From positions 150,536,001-150,600,000 of the forward strand of contig OX597817.1 of assembly GCA_951406725.2 (NCBI GenBank): a DNA stretch of 64,000 nt. The letters are read 5' to 3'. Below, in pieces: positions 61,393-64,000 of this stretch. The notes below the pieces were generated by a model that worked only from the letters and a program-made list of their open reading frames with translations, had not been told where the DNA came from and made no database searches. The translations under genes were made by a program, and so were the position numbers. The stretch's first letter is position 1. Each line of letters opens with the position of its first letter. The stretch is from Octopus vulgaris. Taxonomy: Eukaryota.

Positions 61393-61771
61393 AGGCGGCG
61401 AGCTGGCAGATATGTTAGCATGCCAGGCAAAATGCTTAGTGGTATTTCGTCTGCCGCTACGTTCTGAGTTCAAATTCCGCCGAGGTCGACTTTGCCTTTC
61501 ATCCTTTCCGGGTCGATTAAATAAATACCAGTTACGCACTGGGGTCGATATAATCGACTTAATCCGTTTATCTGTCCTTTCTGTGTTTAGCCCCTTGTAA
61601 GTAGTAAAGAAATAGGTATTTCGTCTGCCATTACGTTCTGAGTTTGAATTCCGCCGAGGTCGACTTTGACTTTCATCCTTTCGGGGTTGATTAAATAAGT
61701 ACCAGTTATGCACTGGACTTAATTTGTTTGTCCCCTCTGTGTGTAGCCCCTTATGGGCAGTAAAGAAATAA
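61393..61771 (+). mobile_element. tRNA-derived SINE family C (dimeric form)
   Basis: Head GGCGGCGAGCTGGCAGA, B box GAGTTCAAATTCC and core GCCTTTCATCCTTTCGGGGTCGAT. Other copies: about 7065-7225, 22955-23155, 29705-29885, 37058-37225, 41873-42082(-), 46773-47005(-) and 52097-52490(-). Confidence 0.85.
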
Positions 61772-63215
61772 GAAACTATCTTTTACTTGTTTCAATCATT
61801 AGACTGCAGCCATGCTGGAGCACCACTTTGAATCAATGCCAGTATTGACCCCCCCCCCCCAGCCTTCCACTTTCACTGGTCTCTTTTGCTGAACTTATGA
61901 GGATGTAAACACACCAACACTGGTTGTCAAGTGGTGGTGGGGGATAAACACACACACTTATATATGTATGCATATGACAGGCTTCTTTCCATCATTCACA
62001 AGGCTTTGGCTGGTTCGATGTGATTGTAAAAGAAACTTGCCCAAGATGTCACACACTAGGACTGAACCTGGAACCACATGATTAGGAAGGAAACAACTTA
62101 CCACACAACCACACCTGTGCCTATATTGTTAAAACAAAATGTCTTTGTAACTGCTGTAATTTGAAGGCATAAAACATGCACAGACATATTAGACAGAAGC
62201 CATATTCAAGAAAAATGGTTTTTAGTGTATTAAACCTTATGGAAGGCACAACTTTGCATTTAGGACCCTGGGTGATTTTTTAGGAAAAAGTCATATATAT
62301 TGTATATTGTAGTTTAAATAAACAAGTTTTGTTATAAAAAACCTGATTTGATGTAAAATTGAGCCCGACCAGCTGCTGACAGTTTGTGCCAGTTGCCATC
62401 AAGATCTCACATGTTCTTGGACCCTACACTGCCAATTTCCTCCACAGAATTGGGATAACTGTGGCTTGTTTGAGAACTGAGGTGGTCTGGCTACTGCAAT
62501 GTCTCTGTGGCACTGCCTTTACATTCATGTCCACAAGGTGCGGCTAAACATGCAATTTGTTATCATCATCGTTTAACGTCCGCTTTCCATGCTAGCATGG
62601 GTTGGATGATTTGACTGAGGTCTAGTGAACCAGATGGCTGCACCAGGATCTAGTCTGATCTGGCAGAGTTTCCACAGCTGGATGCCCTTCCTAACGCCAA
62701 CCACTCCGAGAGTGTAGTGGGTGCTTTCACGTGCCACCGGCATGAGGGCCAGCCAGGCAGTACTGGCAACTGCCACACTTAAATGGTGCTTTTCATGTGC
62801 CACCTGCACAGGAGCCAGTCCAGTGGCACTGACAACAACCTCGCTCGAATGTTTTTTCCACGTGCCAGTAAGGCGATGCAGGTAACGATCACACTCGAAT
62901 GGTGCTTTTTACATGCCACCGGCACGGAGGCCAGCTCGTTGCTCTGGCAATAATCACGCTCATATGGTACTCTTAGTGCTCCACTAGCACGGATGCCAGA
63001 CAATGCGTTACTCCTCTTCCACTGCTTGCTCTCCCTTTTATTTTCCATTTATGGGTCTTTTTCTCAATAATTCAATCATTTATACTTTTAATGATTTTGT
63101 TTCTTTTACTTGTGTAAAAATGTTAAAAACGTCTTAAAAAAAAAGGAAAAGAAAAGCCAAATTGTTTATTGACTCATTTACTGGAATTAATCTTGTGTTT
63201 GTTTTTCACCTGCAG

Positions 63216-63308
63216 GCTTTTGCAGCTATTGAAGCCCTTGCTGATGGTGGAGTCAAAATGGGTTTACCCCGAGCACTCTCTACTAAACTTGCAGCACAAA
63301 CTCTTTTG
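63216..63308 (+). CDS. PYCR: PYCR coding exon 5 (gene continues beyond the window)
   Basis: ctgcag acceptor, TTG|gtaagt donor, 93 nt. Encodes AFAAIEALADGGVKMGLPRALSTKLAAQTLL (dimerisation domain). Confidence 0.97.
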
Positions 63309-64000
63309 GTAAGTGAATGCTTTGTTTATTTATTTTTTGTTACATCTACTTTTCCCAGTTTAACTAACTTGTACCTTGTCAGATAACTCAGCTTAGTGGG
63401 TTGTGTGGTTTAGCATTATGTCAATCCTGAATGAATATAGCTTTGATAGAAAATACATTCCAAGATAGTATATAAACATTACTTGGTAGGATATCTCCAT
63501 AGCAAACAGGTAGTGGGGGAGATTTAGTTAATCAGCCGTGCAAATCATCATTTAACATCTGCTATCTATGCTGTCATGGGTTAGACAGTTGCAAATGCTA
63601 AAAGGATATTCTTGGGAGAATCCATAAAAGATTTTAGTGTTAAGAATTATGGCAGAGTTTTGCTGTTAGGAGAGATTTACTTGGCAATTGTAGAAAGATG
63701 CCATAACAGTTGAGAAAATTCAGAGCTGCTTGCACATTAGTAAAATAAAGATTTGTCAATCATTCCCATGACCAACATCATGGGTATTCGCATGTCCTGC
63801 CTTTTTTTTTAAAAGATGGTAGGGAGAGGGAGATTTAGCCGATATTTCTTGTAGATCAAACAACCACTTAGATTTCCCCAACCCTTGTAGGTAGAATTAC
63901 CTGGCCCACCAGGACAACACAATGAGTGAAGTTAAGTTTGAACTCATGATCATGTTGTTGGGTTAGTTCTGCATTTACGGTACTCTTTACCTTCTTGACA

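Overview
This is AT-rich eukaryotic genomic DNA. The SINE repertoire looks like that of an octopus (coleoid cephalopod); this is an inference from remembered repeat families, not a database match. Two spliced genes lie on the + strand. The first is the last six coding exons of MCM3 (1224-6403). The second is the first five coding exons of a pyrroline-5-carboxylate reductase (PYCR; 25541-63308, continuing past the window), with introns of about 17.5, 13.9, 3.6 and 2.2 kb. The rest is mostly interspersed repeats: at least five SINE families, a young 5'-truncated CR1 LINE with an open RT frame, decayed RTE and CR1 LINEs, three non-autonomous Helitrons, hAT- and TTAA-type MITEs, a mariner remnant and a Penelope GIY-YIG remnant. 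Three signals stand out. (i) A tRNA-headed short element carries a minimal hammerhead ribozyme and a Penelope-style inverted partial copy (52970-53930). (ii) A fold-back family has a hammerhead with a compensatory U3-A8 core in its loop (28559-28595). (iii) A 24-bp minisatellite appears to be amplified from a SINE 3' stem-loop and flips orientation mid-array (43744-45515). Most ORF-track entries are repeat or microsatellite artefacts.
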